The translations under genes were made by a program, and so were the position numbers. Of a DNA stretch of 36,512 nucleotides, positions 25,976 through 35,714 are shown piece after piece. The DNA is from a virus (lineage: Duplodnaviria > Caudoviricetes): positions 1-36,512 of IMG/VR virus record IMGVR_UViG_3300037195_000603; one strand, written 5' to 3'. Positions within the stretch are counted from its first letter, which is position 1. Each line of letters starts with the position of its first letter. The notes under the pieces are model-generated. The model was not told the DNA's origin and made no database searches. It was given only the letters and a program-made list of their open reading frames with translations.

Positions 25976-27043
25976 ATGAAGTCTAAACAATTTCTGACTG
26001 GAGCAATTAAGAGTTCAGGTGAGGATTTTTTCTCAGGTATTGCCTCTACAAAGGCTGAAGACCGAGATGGGGAGACGATTGACCAAAAAGGGTGGGATCT
26101 CAACCATTACAAGAAAAGCCCAGTTCTCTTATTTGGCCACAATCAGTTTGCTCCCCCTGTGGGAAAAACATTTAACCATCGGATTTCAAATTCGGGTCTT
26201 GAGTTTGATTTCCAATTCGCCTCAACTCCATTCGCTCAGGAATTGAAGACTCTTGTTGAGGAGGATTTCCTAACGGCTTTCTCTGTTGGGTTCATTCCAA
26301 AGGAATTCGGAGACACCAAGTCTGGTGAATCTACGTTTACTAAATCAGAACTCTTAGAGATCTCTTTAGTATCTGTACCATCTAATCCTGATGCCTTAGT
26401 TACATCTCGTGCGTTTAAAAGCCTCTCAGATGAGACAAAGGAATACATTATGGGTGAGATTATTAAAAAAGGTGTAGTGAATCACGGTAAGCAGAAGTTC
26501 CCTACACGCAGAGAAGATTTTGAACTAGATGTAGAAGGTGAAGTAGAAAAAGCAAAACTAGACGACTTAAAAGTCATGGCTACATGGATTGATGAGACAG
26601 CACCATCTGATAAGAATAGCTACAAACTGATCCATCATGCCTCAAGTAAGGAATGGCCTCTTATCAAGGAAGCAATTGAGGAGAACTTGAAGAATCTAGA
26701 TGAAGTACCTGAAGTAGAACGTGAAGCTGCTAAGGAGCATTTGGAAGCACATCTGAAAGACTTTGAAGAAACTGTAGAGGCTGTGGAAGAGGAGATTGAG
26801 GAAGAAGAGGTTGCTGAGGATGAGGAAAAGAGTGCTCCACTGGAACTGGCTGACGAGGATCGTAAACTATTACAACGAGTGGCAAATGGACTTGAGCTGG
26901 TTGGCTCAGATTCATTACTAGATGCCAGTGCTAAAGGTCGGCCGTTGGGGGAGAATATAGATCAAAAACAGATCATGATTCGTGCCCTTCAAAGAGTTGC
27001 GAAGTCCGTTCAAGAGAGACTTCGTGACTTAAAACGAAAATGA
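25976..27043 (+). CDS. HK97-family prohead protease with a C-terminal extension
   Basis: DRDGETI, PVLLFGH, FSVGF, LLEISLVSVPSNPDA. Confidence 0.92.
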   Translation: MKSKQFLTGAIKSSGEDFFSGIASTKAEDRDGETIDQKGWDLNHYKKSPVLLFGHNQFAPPVGKTFNHRISNSGLEFDFQFASTPFAQELKTLVEEDFLTAFSVGFIPKEFGDTKSGESTFTKSELLEISLVSVPSNPDALVTSRAFKSLSDETKEYIMGEIIKKGVVNHGKQKFPTRREDFELDVEGEVEKAKLDDLKVMATWIDETAPSDKNSYKLIHHASSKEWPLIKEAIEENLKNLDEVPEVEREAAKEHLEAHLKDFEETVEAVEEEIEEEEVAEDEEKSAPLELADEDRKLLQRVANGLELVGSDSLLDASAKGRPLGENIDQKQIMIRALQRVAKSVQERLRDLKRK

Positions 27044-27044
27044 T

Positions 27045-28265
27045 ATGGGAAAAGAAGCAATTGAAAAGATGCGAGCATTGCTCAAGTCTATGGAAGAAGA
27101 CGAGAAAGAGACTGATGTTGTTGAGGAGACAACTGAAGAAGTTGTAGAAGAGGCTGAGGAAGCCGCTGAAGATGAAGAGACCTCTGAAAAGGATCTCGAA
27201 GAAGCAGCAAAGAATGCTGCAAGCATCATCTCAAAGGAACTCAACCTTGAAAAACTCGACAAACTCTTTGACCTTCTTGAAGAGATTGACGACCCTGCTA
27301 AGAACATCAACAAGATGCTTGGTAAGAAGTCAGTAGAGAAGACCGTCAATTCCATGACAAAGGAAGAGATCATCGTTGGATTTACAAAGGCACTCATTGA
27401 GGACAATAAGTCTGTTATCAAGGCATTGTCTGAAGGAACTGCTGCTGACGGTGGAAACCTCTTCCCTGACGAGTTCCGTTTCGAGATTGTTAAGAGGCTC
27501 ATTCAACAGCCTCGTATGCGTTCCCTCGTGCGCGTTATTCCAATGCGACGTGACGTAATGAACATTCCATCGGAAGGTTCTAAAGTCGCTGTCTCATGGG
27601 GTACTGAGAATACAGCTATTTCAACCACCACGGCTGACTTTGGCTTGCTCACCCTCACGGCATACCGCATGAACTCTATTCTTTACACGTCACGCGAATT
27701 GGTCGCAGACGCAACAGAGCTTGGAGTTGTAGACTTGATCATTGATCAGTTTGCAGACGCAGTAGGAGAAGAAGAAGATAAAGTTATTATTCAAGGAACA
27801 GGTTCAGGTCAGCCAACAGGTTTGACCTCAGCTACTGGACATCACACTGTGACAACCAGTGGAAACCTAGACTTTGATGACATGATTGATGTCTTCTATC
27901 AACTTCCACAACAGTACCGAAACACCTCTACTTGGTTGGTTAATACCGCCAACGTACGGGAGCTTCGCAAAATCACAGATAAGAACTCACGATACATTTG
28001 GATTGACTCACCAGTACCTGGTACACCTGCAACAATCCTGGGCCGCCCAGTGATTGAGAATACATGGGTACCAGAAGCATCTATCTTCTTTGGAGATTAT
28101 AAGCGTGCTTATTACTTAGGTGATCGAGAACAGATGTCTGTTGAAACAACAACAGAAGGTGCAGATACTTGGGAACGACACCAAGTAGGTATCAAAGTCA
28201 CAGAACGTATCGCTGGAATTACTGTTCTAGCTGATGCTCTTGCAGAACTAGAGGCCATTCCTTAA
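27045..28265 (+). CDS. Major capsid protein (HK97 fold)
   Basis: Acidic delta/scaffold N-terminus, DGGNLFP, GTGSGQPTG, LRKITDKNSRYIW, ILGRPV, FGDY. Confidence 0.93.
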   Translation: MGKEAIEKMRALLKSMEEDEKETDVVEETTEEVVEEAEEAAEDEETSEKDLEEAAKNAASIISKELNLEKLDKLFDLLEEIDDPAKNINKMLGKKSVEKTVNSMTKEEIIVGFTKALIEDNKSVIKALSEGTAADGGNLFPDEFRFEIVKRLIQQPRMRSLVRVIPMRRDVMNIPSEGSKVAVSWGTENTAISTTTADFGLLTLTAYRMNSILYTSRELVADATELGVVDLIIDQFADAVGEEEDKVIIQGTGSGQPTGLTSATGHHTVTTSGNLDFDDMIDVFYQLPQQYRNTSTWLVNTANVRELRKITDKNSRYIWIDSPVPGTPATILGRPVIENTWVPEASIFFGDYKRAYYLGDREQMSVETTTEGADTWERHQVGIKVTERIAGITVLADALAELEAIP

Positions 28266-28287
28266 ACCGAAGATACTTAATCTTTGT

Positions 28288-28332
28288 AGGTTTATTCTCT
28301 CCCTCATCCCCACGGGGGAGAGAGGTGAGCTT
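28288..28332 (+). terminator. Long hairpin after the capsid gene (terminator or mRNA stabiliser)
   Basis: TCTCTCCCTC...GGGGGAGAGA core with extended imperfect pairing, no clear U-tract. Confidence 0.45.
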
Positions 28333-28342
28333 ATAAAAACAT

Positions 28343-28954
28343 ATGGCATTAGACGACAATTCCTTGACAACTCTGGCTAGAACAAAAGACTACTTAGGTG
28401 TTACTAACGATAGTAATGACACACTTCTTGAGAGGCTTATTGATGCTGCCTCATCGTTCATTGAAACCTATTGCGATAGAACATTTAAGTTAACTTCTTA
28501 CATTCTTCAGCAAGAAGGTTCAGGGACAGATACATTGATTCTTAGAAACTATCCAGTTATTGGTGGAGTAGTTCTTGATGAGAACCAGTCAGGTGACTCA
28601 ACACAGGACTACAACACCATTGAATCAAAGAATTACTGGGTATTTAATACAGATGGATACTTACAATTTCTCAATTCGGAGACAGTCTTTATTGCAACTC
28701 CTGAGCAGTATCAAGTTACTTATGAGGGAGGTTACAGAGTGCAAGGAGCAACGGTTACAGGACAACACATTGCACTACCACTTGACCTAGAACTTGCCAC
28801 ATGGAAATTAGTCTCATCTATCTTCAACACTAGAAACACAGATGGAATTTCAAGTCAGACACTTGGTAATTACTCAGTAACATTTATTCAGGCAATGGAA
28901 ATGGATAATGAATTAAGAATGACTCTGGATAATTATAAACATCCGAATGTATGA
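28343..28954 (+). CDS. Head-tail connector (gp6/gp15-like)
   Basis: LARTKDYLG, LIDAASSFIETYCDR, YEGGY, LPLDL, SQTLGNYSVTF. Confidence 0.82.
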   Translation: MALDDNSLTTLARTKDYLGVTNDSNDTLLERLIDAASSFIETYCDRTFKLTSYILQQEGSGTDTLILRNYPVIGGVVLDENQSGDSTQDYNTIESKNYWVFNTDGYLQFLNSETVFIATPEQYQVTYEGGYRVQGATVTGQHIALPLDLELATWKLVSSIFNTRNTDGISSQTLGNYSVTFIQAMEMDNELRMTLDNYKHPNV

Positions 28955-29268
28955 GGTTTTTCTTCCGCAATCAGATTATTGTATCGCGACTGAAGACCAC
29001 AAATGGAAATTTCAAGGAATATCAATCAACTGGTACGGCTGAAGCTCACATTCAGAGGAATCAGGAATCACGGGATGAACAACAGTCGGGTGTGTTCGCA
29101 AAGCAATTCCACATATGGGCACCTATAGGCACTGATATTAAACCTGGAGATAGAATACGAGATGAAAATGGTGTGGAATACGATGTCACGAATACTTATG
29201 AAAGTTACTTTGGTTGTACTCAATTCATTGAGATCTTAGTAGAGTTAACTGAAGGCTATAGCGACTAA
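28951..29268 (+). CDS. Head closure/adaptor protein
   Basis: Position and DIKPGDRI motif. Confidence 0.65.
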   Translation: MRFFFRNQIIVSRLKTTNGNFKEYQSTGTAEAHIQRNQESRDEQQSGVFAKQFHIWAPIGTDIKPGDRIRDENGVEYDVTNTYESYFGCTQFIEILVELTEGYSD

Positions 29269-29269
29269 T

Positions 29270-29728
29270 ATGTCAGTCACCATCACAGTGTCACAAAGTG
29301 AATTATCTGCATTCAATAAGAAGTTTGACACAATGGCATCTGGTACTAAAGCAACTTTGCAACAGGCAGTGAATACGTCAGCCTTGCTGATGGAGAGCAA
29401 TATAAAGAAAGAGATTCAATCAACTGTTACGGACACTGGAATCCTAGCTTCCTCTGTAATAACAACCACAGGAACACTCAGGGCAGAGGTAGGGCCGACA
29501 GTAGACTATGGAATCTATGTAGAAAAAGGTACTGATCCTCACTTTCCACCCATCTCAGCGATATCGCCTTGGGCAAAGAGACACGGAATTGATCCATTTG
29601 CCTTGCAACAGTCCATTGGAAAGAAGGGAACAGAAGCAAATCCATTCTTTGAAAGGGCAGTTAAGGACTCAATATCTGGTGTGAAAACGATATTTGAAAA
29701 GGCGATAGGGTCAATAATAGACTTATAG
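29270..29728 (+). CDS. HK97 gp10-like tail completion protein
   Basis: DTGILASS, YGIYVEKGT, GTEANPFFERA. Confidence 0.8.
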   Translation: MSVTITVSQSELSAFNKKFDTMASGTKATLQQAVNTSALLMESNIKKEIQSTVTDTGILASSVITTTGTLRAEVGPTVDYGIYVEKGTDPHFPPISAISPWAKRHGIDPFALQQSIGKKGTEANPFFERAVKDSISGVKTIFEKAIGSIIDL

Positions 29729-29729
29729 T

Positions 29730-30146
29730 ATGGCATTATTCTCAACAATTAAGACGAAAGTAACAACGATTTGTTCTGATAATTCTCTCATAAACGAGGC
29801 GTTTAACTATGACAAGCCCAGGTTTGACAAGACACCAGCTTGCACAGTTGTCCCTAGTGGAAACGAAGCTCTCTTTGAGGACACAGCTAATAATAGAAGA
29901 ATATATGCTTTTACAATAACCATCTTCGTTCCCTGGGATGCCCATGGAGCAACAGATGCTGAAGATACAATGGTAGATGTTCTCGATAGTCTCTTAGACG
30001 ATTTTGATAAAGACTTCACACTTACTGGCTCTGCCATCATGGTTGACGCAGCACCTAGTGCATGGGGATATCAGGAGAGAGAGAAATTATATAGAACAGC
30101 TCAAATTAACCTAAAAGTCAAAACACTATTTGACGTAACACAATAA
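29730..30146 (+). CDS. Tail terminator-like protein
   Basis: Position between gp10-like and tail tube genes, ~138 aa. Confidence 0.6.
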   Translation: MALFSTIKTKVTTICSDNSLINEAFNYDKPRFDKTPACTVVPSGNEALFEDTANNRRIYAFTITIFVPWDAHGATDAEDTMVDVLDSLLDDFDKDFTLTGSAIMVDAAPSAWGYQEREKLYRTAQINLKVKTLFDVTQ

Positions 30147-30155
30147 TCTAAAAGT

Positions 30156-31136
30156 ATGTCTACACCATACATCGGAAGACTCGTTCACATTGGTTCTGCA
30201 CTTGAAGCAGTCAGAGGTGAAGAAGTCGCTCCAACAACTTGGATTCCTAAGACGTTACTCACGGTGGAAGATGTTGCTGAAAAAGTGACATCAGTAGAAT
30301 CACGTGGGAACATTTGGGGATTCTCTAATGAAGAGCTTGTCGTCGGACGACACGCAGAAGGTGATCTTGAAATGGAACTTGGTAACGAGACCATTGCAAC
30401 TTTCCTTCAAGCAACCATGGGTACTGCATCATCAGGAGCCTTTAATGGAGTGTACCAACACACATTTACCCTACAGGATGATAATGCACATGACTCACTT
30501 ACACTTACTGTTGTAGATGAGGTTGATGAGGTTCAGTTCGGACGTGCCATGATTAACTCATTCGGTATCTCAGTTGCAACAGGTGAACTTGTTAAAGCAA
30601 CTGTGAATTTCATGTCTAATCCGCATACAGATTCAGATGGACATTCAATGACTTATAATACTAACGAGTTCAAATTTGGACATCAGCACGTCACATTGAA
30701 GATCGCTAGTGATGCATCTAGTTTAGATGCTGCATCAGCATTGTCTATTAAGGATTTCAATATCACAATTAACAAGAACTTGGTACTTGATAATGCGCTT
30801 GGAACTGTCCAGCCAACTGATATCTTGAATCAGTCATTCACCATTGAAGGTTCATTCACACTGAATTCAAACAATAGAACATTTCGTGATCTCATGAATG
30901 ATGCAACATATCAGGCTTTACGCATGGACATTGTGAATACTGATCAAACAATTGGATCAACCAACCCTGCACTTCGTATTGATCTATCACGATGTTCGTT
31001 CTTTGACTGGAGTAAAGATCAACCAAATGATGAACTGGTGACGGAAACAATCAATTTCCGTGCTCTGTATGATGTAGTTAATAAAAATGTAGTGGACGAT
31101 TTCTATCTAGTGAATCAAGCTGCATCAGTATCTTAA
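30156..31136 (+). CDS. Major tail tube protein
   Basis: Position, beta-rich, YQHTFT and FNITINKNL patterns of tube proteins. Confidence 0.75.
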   Translation: MSTPYIGRLVHIGSALEAVRGEEVAPTTWIPKTLLTVEDVAEKVTSVESRGNIWGFSNEELVVGRHAEGDLEMELGNETIATFLQATMGTASSGAFNGVYQHTFTLQDDNAHDSLTLTVVDEVDEVQFGRAMINSFGISVATGELVKATVNFMSNPHTDSDGHSMTYNTNEFKFGHQHVTLKIASDASSLDAASALSIKDFNITINKNLVLDNALGTVQPTDILNQSFTIEGSFTLNSNNRTFRDLMNDATYQALRMDIVNTDQTIGSTNPALRIDLSRCSFFDWSKDQPNDELVTETINFRALYDVVNKNVVDDFYLVNQAASVS

Positions 31137-31153
31137 TAACTAATTGATTTCTT

Positions 31154-31456
31154 ATGGCAAATCGTTTCGTTGAGGAGAATGATCTAAAACAAATTGATTT
31201 GGGGGATGGAGATTGGGTAAAGATTCCAGAAGCAATTTCTTATGGAATCATTGAGTCTTTGGGAACTTTAGATACTAAAGATCCAAAGCAATTAACAGCA
31301 TTCTTATCTACTTTGCTAAAGGAGTGGAACTTAAAGGATGCTTCTGATGCGGTAGTCCCTATTACCGAAGAAGCAATTAAGAAATTGGAATTCAAAACAA
31401 TTTCTCAGATAATGGAAGAAGTGAATAAACAATTGGTAGTCCCAAAAGCAAGATAG
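31154..31456 (+). CDS. Tail assembly chaperone (gpG-like)
   Basis: Between tube and tape measure, LKEWNL motif, ends at a slippery site. Confidence 0.75.
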   Translation: MANRFVEENDLKQIDLGDGDWVKIPEAISYGIIESLGTLDTKDPKQLTAFLSTLLKEWNLKDASDAVVPITEEAIKKLEFKTISQIMEEVNKQLVVPKAR

Positions 31457-31665
31457 ACTCTCTACATAGGGCGGTAAGAGGCGTAGAGGGTGACAAGGAT
31501 TATATTGACTACATCATGAGCGAGAAGTTCGGTCTTGATTGGATGCAATATGATTACGCACGGATGAAGAAATTTATTCACATCCTAATAGAACAGGATA
31601 AATATCAAGGTCAATTACAGAAAATGCAAGAGAGAAAGATGAATAGAGCTAAGTATAAACGATAA
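31441..31665 (+). CDS. -1 frameshift extension of the tail chaperone (gpGT-like)
   Basis: C CCA AAA at 31441-31447. The -1 frame is open for 74 codons to TAA at 31663-31665, 2 nt before the tape measure ATG. Confidence 0.75.
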   Translation, partial: PKSKIDSLHRAVRGVEGDKDYIDYIMSEKFGLDWMQYDYARMKKFIHILIEQDKYQGQLQKMQERKMNRAKYKR

Positions 31666-31667
31666 TT

Positions 31668-33623
31668 ATGGCAACAGAATCCCTAAGCGTTATAATCTCG
31701 GTTGTAGATAAGGCATCCGCTGAACTCAAAACGATTGGGTCTTCTCTTGAGAGTGTCTCAGATCAATTTTCAGCAGTAGGAGATACATTGACCAAAACAG
31801 GTACAACTCTATCTTTAGCTTTGACGGCCCCGATTGTTGCTTTCGGGGCTGTTGCTGTTAGTGAAGCAGCTACAGCAGAGGGGGCTATGAGCAAATTCAC
31901 CACAGTGTTTGCTGAACAGTCAGATGAAATGCTCGACTTCGTTAATGAACTACGTCAAGAAATGCCACAGGCTACTAGTGAAATAGTTGCAATGGCATCT
32001 GGTGTACAGGATCTTCTTGTCCCTATGGGTGTAGCTAGGGAAGAAGCTACTGACATGACTCAGAATTTTCTTGAACTTTCCAACCAGATTGCTGCATTTA
32101 ACGATGTATCACCTGAAGATGTTTTGGACGCAATCAAATCAGGTCTTGTTGGTTCAAGTGAACCTTTGAGGCAGTACGGTGTTGATGCACGTGTAGCCGC
32201 ATTGGAATCAGTAGCCTTATCTGAGGGACTTCTTGAAGCAGGACAATCCATTAGCGATCTGACACCTGAAGTAGCAGCTCAAGTTCAAGCTCAGGCACTT
32301 CTAGCTCAAATTACCAAACAATCAACTGATGCCATTGAAGGCTTTGCAGCCAACCAGGATACTAATATCCGTACTTTCCAGGAGCTTACCGCTTCCTTCA
32401 CAGACATGGCTGCTGTTGTGGGAGCAATCCTGCTACCAGTCATAGCTCCTATTGTTGAGAAACTAATTGATTGGCTCAATGCATTCTCTAACTTAGACAA
32501 GAGCACGCAGACAATCATTCTTGTTGTCGCAGCATTAGCAGCCGCACTAGGCCCAGTTCTCATAGTCTTAGGATTCATGGCCTCTGCCATAGGATCTATT
32601 CTTGCGATATTACCTGCCCTTGGAGTAGCTCTGGGGGTTGCTTCAACAGCAATGACAATCATGTTAGGCCCTGTGGGACTTGTAGTAGCAGCAATTGTGG
32701 CACTTATTGCAGTAATTGCACTCATAGTTACTCATTGGGAAGAGATAGTAGCTGTCACTGACTCAGCTTGGGATGCGATCAGTAGCACTGTTTCCTCTGC
32801 AATAACAGCGGTTAGCGATGCAATTGCCTCAGTATTTGGCACCATTTCAGACTTTTTCTCAGCATGGTTTGAGTTCACAAAGGCAGCCTTCCTCTTTGAG
32901 ATAGGGTTAATTGCTGGAATTGTGATCACTCTATTTGATGCTCTAGGCATTGATATTGTTCAGATCTTCACAGACATATTCACCTTCTTTGGTGAGATTT
33001 GGGAGAGTATTTCCAGTCTGTTCTCCTCATCGTTAGACTTCATAAGTGCTGTGTGGAGCACTGCATGGACAGCAATTTCTGATACTGCATCAACGGTGTG
33101 GTCGGCAATTGTTCTAGCCACGTCAACACAATTTGAAAAACTAAAAACAATCTTTTCTTCAGGTCTGGAGATTCTATCAATTGGTTGGGATTCGTTCTGG
33201 GAAGGATTGGCAAACACAGTTGAGAGCGTATGGTCTTCAATCAAGAGTATTGTTATTGACAGCATCAACTTTGTTATTGAAAAAATTAACTCATTCATTC
33301 AGGCAGTGAATTCAATTGCAGCAGCAGCCAATGTTATCCCTGGAGTCTCGGTTCCTGTCATACCTGAAATCCCAGCACTTTCTTTTGCAGAGGGTGGGAT
33401 TGTTCCTGGCCCTGTAGGTCAAGCAGTACCTGCCATTGTCCACGGCGGTGAGCAAATCATTCCTGTGGGTGGAAGTGCAAGTGCATCAACAGGAGCAAAC
33501 ATAACAGTTAATGTGACAGGTAATACTATTTCTAATCAGCTTGATCTATCAGATATAGCAATGCAGATAGGTGAAGAAATAATGGGAGTATTTAAGCTAC
33601 AGACTAAGACTGGATCGTCATAA
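31668..33623 (+). CDS. Tape measure protein
   Basis: 651 aa, Ala/Ser-rich helical, EPLRQYG, hydrophobic middle, periodic Trp/Phe repeats, FAEGGIV...VHGGE. Confidence 0.9.
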   Translation: MATESLSVIISVVDKASAELKTIGSSLESVSDQFSAVGDTLTKTGTTLSLALTAPIVAFGAVAVSEAATAEGAMSKFTTVFAEQSDEMLDFVNELRQEMPQATSEIVAMASGVQDLLVPMGVAREEATDMTQNFLELSNQIAAFNDVSPEDVLDAIKSGLVGSSEPLRQYGVDARVAALESVALSEGLLEAGQSISDLTPEVAAQVQAQALLAQITKQSTDAIEGFAANQDTNIRTFQELTASFTDMAAVVGAILLPVIAPIVEKLIDWLNAFSNLDKSTQTIILVVAALAAALGPVLIVLGFMASAIGSILAILPALGVALGVASTAMTIMLGPVGLVVAAIVALIAVIALIVTHWEEIVAVTDSAWDAISSTVSSAITAVSDAIASVFGTISDFFSAWFEFTKAAFLFEIGLIAGIVITLFDALGIDIVQIFTDIFTFFGEIWESISSLFSSSLDFISAVWSTAWTAISDTASTVWSAIVLATSTQFEKLKTIFSSGLEILSIGWDSFWEGLANTVESVWSSIKSIVIDSINFVIEKINSFIQAVNSIAAAANVIPGVSVPVIPEIPALSFAEGGIVPGPVGQAVPAIVHGGEQIIPVGGSASASTGANITVNVTGNTISNQLDLSDIAMQIGEEIMGVFKLQTKTGSS

Positions 33624-33624
33624 T

Positions 33625-35145
33625 ATGGCTGTAACACTGACAATCAATAGTGTAGATAGAACAAGAAATGTCAGGTGGCGGACATTGAAAGTAGATAACA
33701 TCCTTACGAATCAAGTTGATACCGCATCATTTGAAGTGTTTTATGAGACTGTTGATAACACATTCCAACCGACAATAGGACATATTGTACAAATTCAAGA
33801 TGGCGGAGTTGTGGTATTTGAAGGGCCTGTTGTGCGTATTGATGAGAACCCCACAAATTTTAGTAGTATTCTTTATAAGATTCAGTGTACGGATTACACG
33901 AGATTCCTGGACAGAAGACTTGTCACGAACTCTTATACGAATGAAAAGGTTGAGGATATTATCCAGGATATCGTAGATAACTTCACAACAGATGGGTTTA
34001 CAACCACCAATGTTAGTGCGATTTTCACAGCAGACAGCATCAACTTCAACTATGAGTATCCATCAGATTGTTTTAAGCAGCTTGCTGATCTAACAGGGTA
34101 TGATTGGTATGTGGATGAGAACAAAGATATCCACTTCTTTTCACAGGAGATTAACGTAGCACCGTTTGAACTTACGGATACATCAGCGAACTGGGACACC
34201 ACATCACTCATTATCAGAAACGATAATAGCCAGATTAAGAACCAGTTCATAGTGCGTGGTGGTGAGTTTGAAGGAACTAAATTCACCTCTGTCATTGATT
34301 CAACAGGTGTAGATACGATTTACGGACTTGGTTATAAGTACAATGAATTTGCAGTAACTCTTACAGGACAATCACTAACAATTGGAATTGACCAGATAGA
34401 TGATGAAGACCTATTTGACGTAATGCATAACAACGAGGAAAAGATCATTCGTTTCCGTGACGCTCGTAAGCCGACTACTGGAGCTGATATCCGTGTCTCT
34501 GGTCTACCGCTTCTACCTGTACTTGTGAAAATCTCAGACGCTCCTGCTCAGGCTGCTATTGCTACAGCAGAAGGTGGTACAGGGGTTTACGAAGATATCA
34601 TCATTGATAACACCATCACTTCAAAGCAAGCGGCACGTGATAGAGCTGAAGCAGAGATTGAGAAATACAAGACTACTGTCATTGAGGGATCATTCACGTC
34701 CAAGACATCAGGTCTAAAAGCAGGTCAAATCCTCACAGTAGACATTGCCTCAAGGGGTATAAATACGACGTACATCATCAGCAAGGTACAGTATAAGATG
34801 TGGACACCCACACAGATGCAATACAATGTATCCTTAATCTCGACAAAGACATACGGTATTATTGAATGGATGTTGTCTCAGATTCGTGAAGGAAAGAAAG
34901 CAATTGAGATTAACCCAGATGAGGTTCTAGATACCATTGAGGCATTTGCTGAGGGTATAGCTATTGCAGAATCAATCACTACTGGAGACAGGACACTTAA
35001 CACAGAAGAAATGACAGCAGCAGATACCTTTACCGCTTACATTGACAGTCAACCCACCTGGGTCGCAGGTGAATATAAGCCTTCAGCTCTTAATGACCGT
35101 AACCGCCCTGGTTTCTCTGACCTAGATAATCTCCTTGGTTCCTAA
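33625..35145 (+). CDS. Tail tip / baseplate hub-like protein
   Basis: Follows the tape measure, LADLTGYDWYVDENKDIHFF, GLKAGQIL. Confidence 0.65.
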   Translation: MAVTLTINSVDRTRNVRWRTLKVDNILTNQVDTASFEVFYETVDNTFQPTIGHIVQIQDGGVVVFEGPVVRIDENPTNFSSILYKIQCTDYTRFLDRRLVTNSYTNEKVEDIIQDIVDNFTTDGFTTTNVSAIFTADSINFNYEYPSDCFKQLADLTGYDWYVDENKDIHFFSQEINVAPFELTDTSANWDTTSLIIRNDNSQIKNQFIVRGGEFEGTKFTSVIDSTGVDTIYGLGYKYNEFAVTLTGQSLTIGIDQIDDEDLFDVMHNNEEKIIRFRDARKPTTGADIRVSGLPLLPVLVKISDAPAQAAIATAEGGTGVYEDIIIDNTITSKQAARDRAEAEIEKYKTTVIEGSFTSKTSGLKAGQILTVDIASRGINTTYIISKVQYKMWTPTQMQYNVSLISTKTYGIIEWMLSQIREGKKAIEINPDEVLDTIEAFAEGIAIAESITTGDRTLNTEEMTAADTFTAYIDSQPTWVAGEYKPSALNDRNRPGFSDLDNLLGS

Positions 35146-35146
35146 T

Positions 35147-35713
35147 ATGAAAAAAGAATATTTATCACTTAAGGGAATACACACCGTAACGAAATCACGA
35201 TTAACAGATGATGCTGCTTGGGATATCCAAGCTGAATTAGTTCGTTTGGAATCAGAAGGAAGATATGAGGAGTTCAAGGAGTTGCTGACAGAATTTAATA
35301 AAGAATACGGTGTTGAAAGTTTTGTTGTAGAGAATGTGACACCAACTGAGGGACGCACTGAAATTGCTAGGGCATTGACTGGGGATCTCTCAGCAATAGC
35401 AGAGATAGAGATTAACTATGTTGCCTTGGGAGACGACAATACTGCTGAGAACATTGCTGATACAGCCCTAGGTAATGAGGTGTTTAGGAAGCAGTTTTCC
35501 TCACGTACACATACTGACAACATTGCATATGTAACAGCTTTTTATACAACGGGAGATACTGATGGAACGTATGAAGAGCATGGACTTTTTATCAACGGTG
35601 GAGCTGGGGCAGACAGTGGAAGCATTATCTCTCGTCTGCTTCTTGGTGGATTAGTAAAATCGGCCATTGAGACTTTGACGATTGATACGGCCATAACAAT
35701 TAACGACGCATAG
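35147..35713 (+). CDS. Tail/baseplate-associated structural protein, paralog of the junction-spanning gene
   Basis: INYVALGDD...DTALGNEVFRK...KSAIETLTID. Confidence 0.65.
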   Translation: MKKEYLSLKGIHTVTKSRLTDDAAWDIQAELVRLESEGRYEEFKELLTEFNKEYGVESFVVENVTPTEGRTEIARALTGDLSAIAEIEINYVALGDDNTAENIADTALGNEVFRKQFSSRTHTDNIAYVTAFYTTGDTDGTYEEHGLFINGGAGADSGSIISRLLLGGLVKSAIETLTIDTAITINDA

Positions 35714-35714
35714 T

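Noticed and set aside
27029-33298. Long antisense ORFs (e.g. 27029-27502, 32306-32725, 32960-33298)
   Set aside because: They are shadow frames of capsid and tape measure genes with biased codon content.
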